DNA of 37,892 nt from Jimgerdemannia flammicorona (Eukaryota). Under the pieces are notes generated by a model. It did no database searches and was not told the origin of the DNA. It saw only the letters and a list, made by a program, of their open reading frames with translations. Each line of letters begins with the position of its first letter. Position 1 is the first letter of the stretch. The DNA lies in the NCBI GenBank assembly GCA_003990765.1, contig RBNJ01000174.1, positions 1 through 37,892 on the forward strand, in the 5' to 3' direction. The translations under genes and the position numbers were made by a program. Positions 11,421 to 22,390 of this stretch are shown here, piece by piece.

Positions 11421-11669
11421 TCTATAGAATTTCATTGGTGTTTGATTGCTCTTAGAATGGTAGTAGTAATTTTGTTCTTGACTAGTTCTCAGTATCATTA
11501 TTAGATACTTATGTTGGGAAGATAGATGGTCTATACAGAATTGTTCAGAATATTTGTACTTCTCTTTATAGGGTTATTTAGAAATATGACTATCTTTTAG
11601 AAATTTTATCAGAATTTCTATTATATTAGATTTCTATATTAAGTTACTACTTCTTCTATATTGGACAAA

Positions 11670-14493
11670 AGATTATCTTCTTTTTTTCAGTTAATATTAT
11701 ATTCAGAGTATTCTTTCTATTTCACAAGGTAGTATTAAGTAGGCTTGATAGCTTATCCAAAATGGTAATCCTTATAATTCAGAATATAGTCAACTTTATA
11801 TTTTAGTTTCTAATTAATAATTATTTGATCTAAAGATAGAATAGTTCTTTTTTTAAAGATGTTTGGAGTATATAGCTAAAGTTAGAATATGTGAAACATT
11901 GGATGGATTTTCCCTAGTATTGCCAGAAGGTCCAACTTATATGCAACAGGTCTGTATTTTTCAAAGATCTCAAAAGTCTAATATAGCAGAGTCTAAGCTC
12001 CTTTTTAAAGTCTATATTACTCAGAGTCAGTCACTGAGTATTGAGTAATACTTGTTCTCCTATTTTGTAGATAACTTCTCTTCTATTTTTATCAATATAT
12101 ATCATTTATATTCTTTGTACTTCTATGAGAATATCTTGTACTTGCTAGATATTATCTTGTATAGTATTGATAATTTCTTGTGTTATAGGTACTATAGTTT
12201 GAGTTGATATTATAGAAGTTTATAGATATTTTCTATAATTCAAGTAAAATAGTATCATCTTAGTACTTATACTTGGGCTATTATTGTATGTAAATTTGAT
12301 TAGAGTTAGTTTTTTATCTTAATTATTTTGCTTAGATACTAAGTATCTGCTTCAGGATTTCATTTATTCTTTCTATCTAACCATTTGTTTATAAATGGTA
12401 TATTGTAGATATTTTCAATTACACTCCTAAGCTCTTGAAGAGTGTTTGTCAAAAATTACTTATAAACTTTATATTTTAGTCTGAGATAATTGCTGAGAGT
12501 AGTCTATAAAGACAGAACACATTATCAATAAATAGTTATACTTTTTTTGATACTATTGCAATAGTGGTTATTTATAATAAAGTAAGTCTGTTTGCTGAGA
12601 TGATTGATGAAAATGACAATCACATTCTTTCTCTTTTTAGTTTTTGGTAACTAGACAATAAAGTATATTCTGATGTAGTCTCAATTCTAGATAGAGATTG
12701 GTAGTAGTTATAAAGTACTAGCTAGTATCTGGTTGCTAGACTTATATCTTTAGCAAACATTACAAGATGCAATAGAGTTCTTGATATCAGATATCATTTT
12801 GGACTAGTAGAAGTCTCAAGCAAAATGTTAATATACATATCTTTCCAAAACTCATATATCTGACTATAGATATATCATATAGTTCTTATAGAATTTATAA
12901 ATGAATAGAGATATCTGAGACCCAGATTCTTATATTATCAAGATATATATATATATATTCATTTTGGACAAATATATTCTTATAGACCTTTTTCATAATA
13001 TTGCTACTTTCTTCAAGGATTTATCTGGTGATTTTTTTATACATTGGTGTCTTTGGTGTACTCTTTCTTAATTTCTTCAAATAGGCTAGTGATAATATTA
13101 CTAATTACAGTAAGGTCATCTTTCTGAGCACTTCAGGAGAGTATATCAGCTACTTTATTCTGAGTTTTAGCAATGTACTTTATTTCAATATTAAATGATA
13201 TAAGAATCTGAATCTATTGGATCTGTCTTTTTGTAAGGATTGACTATGTCTAAATATATTAGCAAGTTTGATAGTCAGTCTATAAGGTGAATATTTTATA
13301 AAGAAGAAAATTTCTCTATAGCTATAGAGATCAGATGACTGCAAAGAGTTCTTTGTCTTATATAGTATAGTTTCTTTTATATTTATTGAGTTTCTGAGAT
13401 AGATAGGCAACAGAGTGTTTATATTGAGTCAGAATAGCTTCAATCACAATTTTTGAGGTATTGATAGTAACTACAAAAGGTCCTGTTAAGTTAGGACTGA
13501 TCAAGATTAGTATACATATCAGTCAGAATTCTTTTAAGGGTATTTAATACTATAGTGTATTTTTCTGTCTATTCTTTTTCAATATTAGTATCTTTTTTGA
13601 TAAGACTTATGAGTGGAGCTGTAATTGCAGAGAATTCTTAAATAAATCTCCTATAATATTCTACTAGTCTATTGAATTTTTATAGAGACTTAAGGTTCTT
13701 TGGAATAGGTCAATTGCAGATTACTTGGGTCTTAGGATTAATGACAATACCATTTTCAGAAATAATATAGCTTAGATATTTAATTTCCTTCTTAAAGAAA
13801 TAGTATTTCTTTCTTTTTTCTAAGAGCTTATATTTACTGAGTATATCAAAGACCATTTATAGATATTGTTGATAAATGATATTACTTGTACTATATATTA
13901 GGATATTATCTAAGTAGACTAGAATAAATACTCTAAGATATTTTTGGAAGATATCATTTATTAATATTTAGAAGATTACTAGTGTATTAGTGAGACTGAA
14001 GAGTATTATGTAGAATTCATAATATCCAAATCTTGTTTGAAAAACTATCTTGGAGATATCTTCTTCTTTGATACAAATTTAGTAATATCCAGATATGAGA
14101 TCAATGAGTAAAAAGGTCTTGGCCTTATATACTTAGTTAAGTAGTTTATCAATTTTTAAGAATATATATTAGTTCTTAATTGAAATCTTATTGAGTGCTC
14201 AATAATCAATATATATATAGAGGCTTCCATCCTTCTTATAGATAAAGAGAATTATTGTATCATATAGTGATTTTAATAGATAGATGAGATCTTTACTTAT
14301 CAATTCTGTTAGTTATTCCTTGAGGGTTTCTAGCTCAGATTGGGCTAATTAATAGATTCTGCAATAGAGTAGATTTGAACTGAAAATATCTTCAATATAA
14401 TGTTTTACTGCTTGAACTAATGGTAGTTTTTGAGGTTCTTTAAAAACATCTTCATATTTCTTAAGAAGTTCTCAGAGATTATCTTTCTCATCA

Positions 14494-14495
<2 letters not shown>
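11670..14495 (-). pseudogene. pol of element B: RT, RNase H, integrase, chromodomain
   Basis: LLKKYEDVFKEP, KKDGSL..IDY*ALNK, DLISGYY*I, FQTRFGYYEF, VYLDNILIYS; RH FVVTINTSKIVIEAILTQ; IN tail PVAYKLDL...KIHPMFHI; chromodomain KYKVDYIL...YYLVK*KEY at ~11700-11810. Confidence 0.9.
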
Positions 14496-14538
<43 letters not shown>

Positions 14539-14578
14539 GTCACTTGGACTCTGCCATTTATTACCTGTCTATTAAAAT

Positions 14579-17500
14579 TTTACAGTTTACCCTCACACTA
14601 CTCAATCCCCATAGGAGTACCACTCCTCCGACTTACATAGACAAAGACCATCTTTGCACCCACCACCCCAACCCTCCCCCCACTCTGTCTACAGATTTGT
14701 TCTACCAAATGATGCCTTCAACCCCCCTTCAACCTTCAACCCAGCCACCAGCCCATCAAGGTGTCTTCCATAAGGCTATGTCACCTCATCAGCCTGACCT
14801 CAGAGCCAAGTTTTCTCCTATTCTCAAAAACAAATAGCCAGTGACTGGCCAGCCCTACCCAAATGGCCAAAGCCCACCCTAATATCAGCCATTCTTTCCC
14901 CACCCCCCCCTCCAGTCTATCCCTTAAATCCTCCCAATACTCCCACCCATTAACTCTCCTACACACTACTCTCAGATGATCTCCAATATTCTGCCAAAAG
15001 GTACTAAGTACCTCACACTCTCCTAGCCAATGTTCAGGCATCTGTACATATCCTCCTTCCTGCCCTACATTATAACACTCTTCACAGTCAAAACAGCCTC
15101 CCTTGATAAGGTAACTAGAGCGGAAGTTGAGCATGACATTTCACCTCAGTATACACCACCAGATCACCCAGTACTTTGGTGGCAGCCACCTCCTCACCTT
15201 GGCACTCCAGGCCCATATACTATACCAGTCCCACTCCTCGCCAATTCCTACACCCTGCCAACTGCTAGACCACAGATCCTGGCCTGGTCCCCATTGGCAT
15301 TTGATCCCATCACCAATGTCAAACTCAAGTAAGGGAATGCCACCTAGTAACACTCGATCCCATTGTCACATTGCTGGGTCCCAAGCCTCCTCCCCTTCAT
15401 TTCCCTGTCACCTAATCTCAATGCAGCATGCCTCTTCTACCACTCCCCACCAGAAGCCTTTATACCATAATTGTCCAGAGTTCTGAAGGCCCATAAGCGC
15501 TAGGAGGTCACTCATCGAACCTCTTGGAGAGGACCTCATCTCCCAGACTTTCTGCAGTAGGGGAACCCAACCACCCCCTCTCAACTCCACTGCTCTCTTC
15601 AGCCACCAAGCTCTCAAGCAGTATAGTCTCTTAGGAAAGTCGACCAGCCCAAGTCCCCAACTTGCCACTAGTAAGGACAAGACCTCTCAGTTGATCTGAC
15701 TCCACCTTCTAGCCAATCTATCCCTTGGCCAGCTTCATCAATCACTTCACCACCCAAGCCAGGAAGTCTAGATAATAAGATACTATATCTTTGGCAGCCA
15801 ATAGATATTCAGAATTAAAATGCATCCTGCCAGAGACAATTGATGGCCCCCCCAGCTCCACAGGGCCTCCTCCCAAATGCCAACCCACTGCTCCCACCAA
15901 AGTCTGGGCAGAACCAACCCATATACTGACAGATAGATATCCAAGTACTATACTGCCTCACCAGCAGAGACAATAGTACCAATAATCTCCCCACCCACTA
16001 GACCATTGCCTAACACCATTGTTTTGCACTTATGCTAATTAAGCCTAGCCCCAGAGTTTGCCTCATACCACTCCACTGTCTCCTTGAGCTCCTCAACATC
16101 CGCAACTGATCCCCAACTGACCACTATGTCATCTGCAAATGCCCCTACTTTTCACCTGATGCCAAAGATAGAGAGCCCCACTATCTTCCACCTGATTCTG
16201 TCCATGAAGGGCTCCAGAGACAAAGCATACAAAATGGGGGACAGTGGGTTCTCCTGGAGCACCCCCCTACCCAGGGGAAATACTACCCCTCTATGTTCAT
16301 TACACATGAGTGCCACCCTACTCCCTTCCAGTAGGCTGACCATAGTAGTCCTGAACTGTTGTGGGACCCTGATCCTATCCAAAACTTTTGCCAACCAAAC
16401 CCATTGTACTCGGTCATAGGCCTTCTCTTGGTCCAAAAAGACCAGATACCCATCCAGTCCACTGGCTCGTGCCCCTTCAATAATGCCATGTACCCATGCT
16501 ATACCATCTCTTATGAGCCAGTCTCTAATGAAGCCCCACTGCTCCTCACCCAAGACTTGCTGGACCACCTTTTGCAACCTTACGACTACCACTTTGGTAA
16601 CCAACTTTCTGTCCATATCCAGTAGCATAATCGGCCTCCAGTTCTTCTAGTCCTCTCGGCTTCCTTTGTTCTTATAAAGCAATATCACTAACCCTAGGTC
16701 CTGTTCTTCCACCCATCTCCCTATCTGTAGAATCCAATCACACAGTGCCATCATCTCTCCCACTATTCCAGGAACTCCCACCATCCTTTTCCAGAAGTCC
16801 CAGGGCAGACCATCCTCTCTAGGTGCTGTACCCAAGGTTGTCGCAGCAAGAATCTGGTGGATCTCCTCCTCTAGCACTAGCAGTACTAAGTCATCCAACC
16901 CAGCTGCTCAGGTAGGGTACCAATCCTCCAAAGCTCGATCAATGTCCTCAGCACCTGCCCCACCCTCCTCCTTACTCCACAATCCACTCCAATGCTCCTT
17001 TAATGATCCAAGAATATCTTGTACCCCATGCACCAATGAACCATCAGCATTAAGCACCCCTTCCTACCTTTGCTACACTCTTCTCGCCTAAAGGGCCCTT
17101 GTAAGAAACTTCAAGGGCTGCTCTCCTTCCTCCAGCCCCTGCCAATGAAGCCATGCTGCCAGACCCTGGACTCTTGCCTCTTCCTCATTCTGCAGCACCT
17201 GTTGTAGTTCAGCTACCTCCATTTGTAACCTTATTGATTGCCAGTCCTCCTCTCCCTCCAATATCACCAGTCTTGCCTAGTTCTCCAAGAGTCTAGATAA
17301 TCTACATAATGCCCACTATACCCACCACCTCCTCTGCCTCCCTGCCTCCATACCAGCCTCACTCCAGAAGGCCCTGGCCATCTCCTTCATCCTCATCCAC
17401 TGAATATCAACTGCGACCCCTCCCTGCCTCCAATACTCCACCTGTATTTGAATGACTTTGGCCTATTTACCCCACTGGATCTTATCTTCTAGTAGGGAGG

Positions 17501-18248
17501 AATTGAGATGCCAATGTCCAGGCCCATCCCCACTCCCCCCAAAATGTCTCTGCCCCAAAAGCCCCCAATAATCTGACCAAGGACACCATTCTACCTCCAG
17601 CGACTTCCAAACATCCAGGCCCCAGCAGCTAGCTGTCAGAATCCAATCAATCCTTATCCCCAGGCCCCCAGCCCAGTGTGTGTACACCCTCCTATTCCCC
17701 CAACATTCTCTACCCACATCTACCAGAGCACTAAGTCTTTCCACTTCCTCCCATGCTGCCAGTCCTCTACTCCACTCCACAGCACCTCGTCCCCCATCAG
17801 TTCTATCCCTCAATATATCTCAGACCATATTGAAGTCCCCACTGAGTACATCTACTCCAGCCTCTACAAAAATCCCACTCTCCTGTAGGCCTGTCACCCA
17901 ATTCACCTGCTCGCCCCATACTGCAGGGCAGTAACAGGAGTCCACCATGACAGGCTCTCAACCTGCATATAACCACTCTCTCCAGAACAATCTATTTCCT
18001 CAGCTCTGCATATCCCGTATCTCTCCTCTGCCCTTCCACACCAGAATTCCAACCTTGCCCTTCCAAACTGCCTCACCTCTCCACTCCTTCATCCATTCCA
18101 GTCTATCCAAGTCATCCTTACACCTGACATCCTGCAAGAGAAAGAGATCAGCCTCCAATCCCTTCAGCTAAGTAAAAATGTTCTTACATTGATAAGCACC
18201 CCATAACCCATTCACATTCAAAGAAAAAATGTTGGTTGTACTATTCAT
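14579..18248 (-). pseudogene. LINE-a ORF2: APE endonuclease, reverse transcriptase, C-terminal Cys/His knuckle
   Basis: MNSTTNIFSLNVNGL, LFLLQDV, RIDWIL, WSDY, LDQEKAYDRV, GVLQENPLSP, AFADD, CEEC...EHWLGEC. The 3' end is approximate. Confidence 0.93.
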
Positions 18249-18259
18249 GAGAGAAATTA

Positions 18260-20225
18260 TATAGTTTCAGATGCGTCCTCTACTGCTCCATGTCCACTTT
18301 CTCCTGTGCCCTATCCAGGTTGCACTCAGCAATAGCTTCTGCTTCCTTGGTCCTCTTAGCCTCCAATTTAGTCAGGATTTCCACCATCTCCCCATCCTCC
18401 TTTTCCTCAAACTCCTCATGGTACTCCAAACAAGCCTCCTGTCAGAGCTACAGTCCATGCCTCTTAGTCTAATAGTGGACAGCCTGCTCACCCACCACAA
18501 CCACCAGAGCAGCTTCCCTCTCCTTATCTACCTCATACCCCTCCTCTTCCAAGTATATCACCAGAATTTCTGCCTTCAATGCTACCACCACTCTATCTCC
18601 TTGCAGGATCCTTGCCCAATGCTCATTGCTCATCACTTGGAGGTTGACTTCCCCCAGCTCTTCTGCTGCTAAGTTGTTCATTATTTGGCATACCCAGAGT
18701 AAGTTTCCTACCTCCTTCCCTCCTGGGGTCACTGGCCTCCCTCCATCCAACATCATAGTATCAGCCCCTATACTCACTGACTCATTCCATCCCTCCTCCA
18801 GGACATCCACCAATTCTCCTTTCCCAGTCGCCTTTACCAATTCTCCCTTCTCTACATTTGGGACTCCAAAGCACACCTGCTGAGTACCACACATCAGTAC
18901 ATCCTCCATCACTCTACCTTTCGCCACTGGACCCCTTCTGATAAGGGGAGAGGGTGAAGGTGAATCCTCCCAGGTTTCCTCCCAAACCTCCAGTGTGCCA
19001 TCTTCATATGGATTCTTGCTTGGCACCTTCATGGCCTCTACCTGCCCCCCCTCCTCGTTCCACTCACTACTAGCAGCCCAGACACTCACCTCAGCACCTC
19101 CAGCAGTTGCACTATCACTTGCCTTCCTTGTCACCTCTACCCCCATTTTCACCAACAATTCCCTCTGTCTTCTGCACTCTTGGGACCTCTCCCACACCTC
19201 CTTGTTGATGCAGACTCACTTTCCTCCAACCACCTCAAGATGCATTGCTGCCTCGAATGCCTTCCATACTTTTGCCCTCCTCTAACTGCCCCACTCAACT
19301 CCTCTAGCACTTCCAGCAAATCCTTCTCCTCCTCCTCACTCCCCTTTACTCTTGTCACCTTATACAAGATAGCCCTCCACACCATCACTGAGGGCCAGTT
19401 CTGAGCCTTCCCAGTAGCCTCCTGCCCAGCCAGCTGAATCCTGATGTCAACATCCCCTGTCTAGAGAGAGATTCCCTCCCACACTCTGAACCCAATATTG
19501 ACCACCTCTCCATACTCCACTATAATCTCCTCAACTCTCTTCCTTGTTGCTATAGCAGTAACAGTGGGAACTCCTTTCACCAGAAGCTACACTACTCTCA
19601 GGTCCCACTGCAGGCATCTCACCATCAGTATGCACACCTTGCCCACTTTCATCCCAGCCTTCAAAGCCTCCTCCAGTGGCCCAGCCTCCTCTAATCTCAC
19701 CTCCACCCCTTTGAGGCCCTTCAGGAACTTAACAGATGCTGCCTCACTCATTTGCTTCACAATCAGCCCCAGAACCATTTTTGCCATCACCGCTAAGCCC
19801 CGGAAACACATTGTGATTGCAAATTCCAAGATTGACTTCTTGAGTAATGGAGCTACTGCCAGTTCTGTTATACCATCCGCTAGGTCCCCGGGCCTCATAC
19901 CCTTCCCACTGCTCGGCTCACCATCAGCAGTCCCATCTAGATTTTTTTCCAGATCACCCATCACACCCCTATCAGCAGTCCCTGCCTCAGCCACTACCCC
20001 CCCAGCTCCACCCCTATGGCCCTCCAGAGGGGTACCCCTATGAGGTTGCTGCCTGGTAGTCCTTACTGGCACCTTCTCCCCCCTCAGCCAGCTCTCCAGT
20101 CCAGCTCCCTGTTGACCCCCCTTCACCTTCTCCACAAAGCTCACTCTGCCAGACCCTTGACCTCCAGCTCTGCCCCCTCCTCCACCACATCCTCCCACCA
20201 GCAGGTCCCTCATACTACCCCCCAA
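18260..20225 (-). pseudogene. LINE-a ORF1
   Basis: Long minus-strand frames (19587-20225 and 18469-19197) whose sequence recurs in LINE-b and LINE-c (SFxxKVK, DLAD...LLKKS). Confidence 0.8.
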
Positions 20226-20396
20226 GCCAGGGCCTCTCCCTATTTACTGCCATTCAAATGCTCCAGGGCCACTCTGCCCAGTATGCACCCCAGGATACTC
20301 ATTGGTTGCCATGATACTAGTAGCTTGTCTCCAGAAACTATATCGAAAGTATTGCCAAAAGATTGTGTAACCTGAATGTTACCAGAGAAAGATGCA

Positions 20397-22390
20397 CTTT
20401 CTCATCATCTTTATTCTTCAGAAGTTCAGAGAGTTCTTTATTATCTTCTTCTGGGGTCTTCTTAACTATATATATATAGATGTGCTGATCTGATTTCTGA
20501 ATCAGTTTTTTCATCTGAATAGCAGAGATAATGTCACATCTGGACTTCAGTTTCTTCTTATTATACTCAAGTTGTAACTTGATATCTCCTAGAGAGAACA
20601 TATTGATTTATCAATCAATGTGGGGGTTTTCCTATTTGAGCCAGAATTTTCTAGAGATGAGATTATATCTAGAGAGATGTATAATGTAGAAAGTTTGTCT
20701 TGTGGTGTAGTTTTTGAGTTATTGAAGTACATTCTTATATATCTTAGAGAGTTTCTGTATTGTTCTATTTCCAAAAGTGATAATGTTTTCTTCTGGATTC
20801 TTTTGCATCTTGACATAGAATTTATCAGTAGTTTCTTGGTCTAGATAGTATTTACTTGCTCTACTCTTAATAAGGACTTCAACAGGGTTTCCTTCAATCT
20901 TTCCTTGAAGGCAGATATATTTAGTATTAGTTTCTTACTAGGTGACAATTGTTTCTGAGATAGTTTCTTCTTTCCAATCTTGTACTTCTCTATCTTCATT
21001 ATTGATATTCTTGATTTCTTTATTTTATCATTCTGGAATTATTAGCTTATACTTCTTGAATTCAAGAATACATTTGATGCATTCTTCTATATACTTGAAA
21101 TAGTATATATATCTTGAATCTATATAGATATCATCCTATAGAGATATATCTATTAGTAATGCACTGATATTATTTCTGATCTCAGTCTTGAGATTCTTCA
21201 ATATAGACAATCTTCTATACCTTAGTTTTCTCTTTGGCTTTATTAGAGTACTTCTTCATTGATCCAAAGGCTTTTTCTTCTCTATTAAAAGGTAATAGTT
21301 ATTTTGTTTCTTCTACTTAGAGATCATTATATATTACTTTTATGATAGCTTGGTTGATTCATTTTCTATATGTGATTTTGATGGCCTTTTATTCAGTATT
21401 ATATAGTAGGATCTTAATTTTATCTTTGAATCCTTAGTCTACAACTCCTTTAGTTATACAGAGTCTTTCTTCTTTAGCCAAACTACTCCTTTCTATAGAT
21501 AGATATAGATTTCTTTGAAAACTTCCATTCTAAGACCTATACTAATGATTGCTTACTTGTCTGATTTAATAGTCAATTCTATACTAGAGTAAAGGTCATA
21601 GCTAGCATCTAATTTATATATCTTATCTGAGATTTTTATAGTAATATGAAATCTCTTAACCTTGATTTTCTTGGTAGTTTCTTTTTGGTTATCTCCTATC
21701 ATAGTGATAGTGTGTGAGAAGGATGGTCTTTTAATAGTATTAGTCTTCTTGTCAGAATATTCATAAGATATATATTTTTTAATTTGTAGTAAAAACATGC
21801 TCTCTTCTTCATAAGTTCTTTTATTTCCTTATTAGACAGTTTCTTAAATTTTCTTTATAGTCTTGAGAACTTATTCCAGAATTTATACTTCTTTTCAAAT
21901 TGGTATCATTTATCTCCTTTGTTGTTATTTATATTATCTCTTGGTCTTTGAACTATAATAATAATATATACTTGGATAATAGCTTATTCTGAGCACTATT
22001 GCTTATGTGAACAATAATAGAGTTATTTTTGTTTATAGATTTTTCTGATAGCTATCTAGGGATAGTATCAAAGAAATAGGTAGCTTAGGGTCCATTTACA
22101 GTCTGCTCTCACTAGCTATATTCTACTCTAATAGTATTCAGAAGTGTTTCTAATCTTATAGCAAATGCTTTAAGATCTTCTTTTCTGTTATTGTAAAATT
22201 GTAGATTCTTGAGTTTAGTTCTTCAGCAATATGAGTAGAGCTTCAGAACTTCTGGATAATTAGCTCTTTTAGATCTATAGTAGTTAGATAAGCTTTATGA
22301 TCAGGATGATTATCTTCTTCATTACTTATAACAACTTCAGTATAGAATTTACAAGTAAGAGAGTATACTGATAGATTGTACTACTACTGA
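20397..22390 (-). pseudogene. gag, dUTPase, Cys/His module and protease of element B
   Basis: Decayed zinc knuckle KKLSNKEIKELMKKRACFYYK (~21790-21850); protease GKIEGNPVEVLIKSRAS and NLISRKFWLK*ENP (~20620-20910). Confidence 0.85.
21257..21669 (-). pseudogene. dUTPase domain of element B (between gag and protease)
   Basis: KIKVKRFH, DASYDLYS, IERSSLAK, GVVD*GFKDKIKILLYN, INQAII and REEKAFGSM: all five dUTPase motifs in order. Confidence 0.9.

Larger units (their letters stand above)
14496..20396 (-). mobile_element. LINE-a: full-length L1/Tx1-type non-LTR retrotransposon (~5.9 kb) inserted in pol of element B
   Basis: Poly(A) tail (T run 14496-14535); TSD CTTTCTCATCATC at 14483-14495 and 20397-20409; ORF1 plus APE-RT ORF2. 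Confidence 0.96.
1806..22390 (-). mobile_element. Element B: decayed chromovirus-type Ty3/gypsy retrotransposon with dUTPase; interrupted by element A and LINE-a; 5' LTR missing
   Basis: 3' LTR end at 1806 (1806-1953 continues at 10696 and matches 31013 onward). Minus-strand gag, dUTPase, PR, RT, RH, IN and chromodomain remnants. The left coordinate is firm; the right one is approximate. Confidence 0.9.

Noticed and set aside
14430..14837. 135-aa ORF with a poly-Phe run
   Set aside because: Reads across the LINE-a tail on the antisense strand.
15030..20375. Many Pro/Ser/Leu-rich plus-strand ORFs (also at 23108-26831 and 33927-37251)
   Set aside because: Antisense frames of purine-rich LINE coding sequence.
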